Source of the DNA: Mustelus asterias
Taxonomy: Eukaryota
Assembly: GCF_964213995.1 (NCBI RefSeq)
Contig: NW_027590255.1
Location: 496,001 to 560,000, forward strand
Reading direction: 5' to 3'
Length of the DNA stretch: 64,000 nucleotides
Shown one piece after another: positions 61,373-64,000 of this stretch. The notes under the pieces were generated by a model, which searched no databases, was not told the origin of the DNA, and saw only the letters and a list, made by a program, of their open reading frames with translations. Made by a program: the position numbers and the translations under genes. How positions within the stretch are numbered: the stretch's first letter is position 1; every line of letters starts with the position of its first letter.

Positions 61373-63180
61373 TGAAGGGATACAGGCCGAATGCAGGCAA
61401 TTGAGACTAGCTTAGTGGTATAAACAGGGCAGCTTGGACAAGTTGGGCCAAAGAGCTGTTTCCATGCTGTAAACCTCTATGACTCCAAGGATCCTATCAG
61501 CCTTATTAATAACTGTTTCAACTTGCCTTGCCCGCAACAGAGCATTATACACTTGAAACCCAAGTTCTCTCTGCTCCTGTACTTCCCCTAAATGCTGCAC
61601 CATAATGGGCATATTTTCTCCTCATGTTTCTTGTACCAAAATGCATTTCCTCACATTTTGCTGCATTGCAATTCATCTGCCAGGTGTCTGCCCATTTGGG
61701 CAACTTGTCAATGTCCCTCTAAAGTCACTCAGCATCATTCTCACAATTCACTATTCTCCCCAGCTTGGTATTGTATGCAAATCTTGCCCTTAACATCGAT
61801 CTCTAAATGGTTTATATAAATCAGAAAAAGCAAGTGTCCCAACACTGATCCCTGGGGAACACCACTTTCAACTCGTCTCGAGTCTGAGAAATGCACATCT
61901 ATACCCAACCTCTGTTTCCTATCTTTCAGCCAACTTCTAATCCATGCTGCCAAGGACCCATCAATCACAAACATTTCTAATTCGCTCACCAACCTGCCAT
62001 GTGGCACCATATCAAATGCTTTCTGAAAGTCCAAATATACAACATCGACAGCACTACCCTCATCCAATGTCTGTGTCTCATCTTGCCAAACATGACCTGC
62101 CCTTGAGAAAATTATGTCATCTGCCGAGTATGAACTTATATTTCTCTGAGAGTATATATATATCTTATTTCATACTGTGGCCTCCATCTGTTTTCTCACT
62201 ATTGATGTCCAGCTGAGAGGTCTGTAGTTTCCTGGGGTATCCTTTGCGCCTTTCCTGAAAAACAGCATTACATTTGCAATCCTCCAATCCCATGGGACTA
62301 ATTCTGTGTTCAAAGAGGCCAGGAAGTTTCTGTCAATGGCTGCGCAATTTGCTCCCTCACCTCTCAGCAATCTACGATGCATCCAGTCTGGACCTGGTGA
62401 CTTCTCTACTGAGAGTGCTGCCAGAGTTTTAGTGCCTCTTCTTTATCTATCACTATACTGTTCAGTTACTGAGCACCCATATTTTCAACAAGGCCATTGT
62501 CACATTGTTTAATTTTGTAAAGACAGAAGCACCGTACTCATTTAGTATCTCTGCCATACCCTCTGCTTCAGTGACCAGTTTACCCTGCTCGTCCCTTATG
62601 AGCCCCACTTTATCCTTCACTAACCTTTTCACATGTATATGTTTGAAGAACATTTTACTATTTGTTTTAGCGCAGCCTGCTATCCTTTCCTCATGCTCCC
62701 TCTTAGCCTCCCTTATTAAAGCCTTAGCCTCTCTCCTGCATTTGAACTGTTTTTCCTGATTTCTATTGCTATTATTATTCCAGCATGCATCATATGTCTC
62801 TTTTTTCTTCCTTATTTTCTCATCAATATCCTTAGACTCCAGGATACTCTAGCTTTGGATGCTGTGTATTTATTTCTGGTGGCTATGTACCTGGCTGGCA
62901 CCCTATTCATCTCAACTTTGAAAGTCTCAATTTTTCATCCACTGTTTCATCCTCGCAATTTGCCTCATTTGCCACATTTTGCCAATTCACATAACCTATC
63001 TGTTTCCTTTTGTAGCCTCTTTACGTACACTTTGCAATTAATTTCTTGTCAATCTTTATGCTGTCAGCAAATTTAACAACCGTATCTTCAGTCCCTTCAT
63101 CAAAGTCATTTTTATAAATTGTAACAAGTTGTGGCCCTGGTACAGATACACCATTCGACATATCCTGCCACCCAGAAAAA

Positions 63181-63309
63181 GATGTGGAGATGCTGGCATT
63201 GGACTGGGGTAAACACAGTAAGAAGTCTAACAACACGAGGTTAAAGTCCAACAGGTTTATTTGGTAGCAAAAGCCACCAGCTTTCGGAACAGGCTGCCCC
63301 TTCGTCGTC
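63181..63309 (-). mobile_element. Single PLE terminus with tail, at a deletion junction
   Basis: gatgtggagatgctggcattggactggggtaaacacagtaagaag...gctttcggaacaggctgccccttcgtcg. Confidence 0.8.
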
Positions 63310-63418
63310 GAATAGCTGTCAGGGTAACAGCCTGTAGTTCCCTGTTTTCTCTCTCCATCTCTTTTTGAATAAAGGTGTTACACTTTCTATATTTCATTCT
63401 AATGGAACATTCTCTGAA

Positions 63419-63575
63419 CAATAAGAAGTCCCACATCACCAGGTTAAAGTCCAACAGGTTTATTTGGTAGCACAAGGTTTACTTAGTAGTAAAATAAACC
63501 TGTTGGACTTTAACCTGGTGTTGTAAGACTTCTTATTGTGCTTACCCCCCAGTCCAACCCCAGCATCTCCACATC
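63419..63575. mobile_element. Fold-back mini-insertion made of PLE termini
   Basis: Inverted arms plus tail; 12-bp direct repeat acattctctgaa at 63407-63418 and 63576-63587; absent from the paralogous site at ~26690. Confidence 0.85.
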
Positions 63576-64000
63576 ACATTCTCTGAAGCCAGGGAATTTT
63601 GCAAAATTAAAACAAATGCATCAGCTATCTCATTAGCCACTGATTTCATGTCCTGAGTGTGAAGCCCATCCGGACGCAGGGATTTGTCAGCCTCCAGATC
63701 CGACAATTTGCTCAATACCACTTTCCCTGGTGATTGTAATTTTCCTGAGTTCCTCCCTCCCTTCCATTTGCTGATTTCCAGCTATTTTTGGGATGTTACT
63801 TGTGTCCTCTATAGTGAACACAAATGAAAACTACCTGTTCAATTCATTTGTCAATATCCTATTTTCCATTATCAATTCCCCAGATGCACTTTCGATAGAA
63901 CCAATGCTCACTTTAACTCTTTTATTGTTTAAATACCTACAGAAACTCTGACTATCCACCTTCATGTTACTGGCTGCTTGTCATCTTCAGCTTGTTAATT

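Larger units (their letters stand above)
57290..64000 (-). repeat. Diverged inverted segmental duplicate of ~26310-35490
   Basis: Colinear reverse-complement matches, including shared TE junctions (e.g. 35470-35490 vs 57293-57325; 27305-27350 vs 62940-62985) and the same satellite. Confidence 0.85.

Overview
Eukaryotic, repeat-rich genomic DNA, most likely from a cartilaginous fish (shark). This rests on HE1/V-SINE-like SINEs, CR1-type LINEs with a SGNH-esterase ORF1, and the histone tail sequences. The only clear host genes form a replication-dependent histone cluster: H1, H4, H3 (spanning an assembly gap), a damaged H2A, and about 26 kb further on H2B and H2A, all with 3' stem-loops. Five tRNA genes or pseudogenes are interspersed (Ser-TGA, Gly-TCC, Leu, iMet, Leu-TAA). 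The remainder is nested CR1/L2-like LINEs, SINEs, a solo LTR, a Penelope-like element (PLE), three tandem repeats and a diverged inverted segmental duplication. The most unusual observations are: (i) two copies of a ~330-nt, highly structured, poly(A)-tailed element headed by U2 snRNA nt 1-39, one of which replaces the promoter of an H2A gene at its ATG; (ii) a family of ~150-bp fold-back mini-insertions built from PLE termini, with 11-12 bp target duplications; the longer termini carry minimal hammerhead-like motifs, one insertion brackets the U2-headed element as cargo, and two single-arm copies sit on deletion junctions. Most ORFs in the supplied track are LINE fragments or spurious. All calls were made by eye, and repeat boundaries are approximate unless a TSD is quoted.
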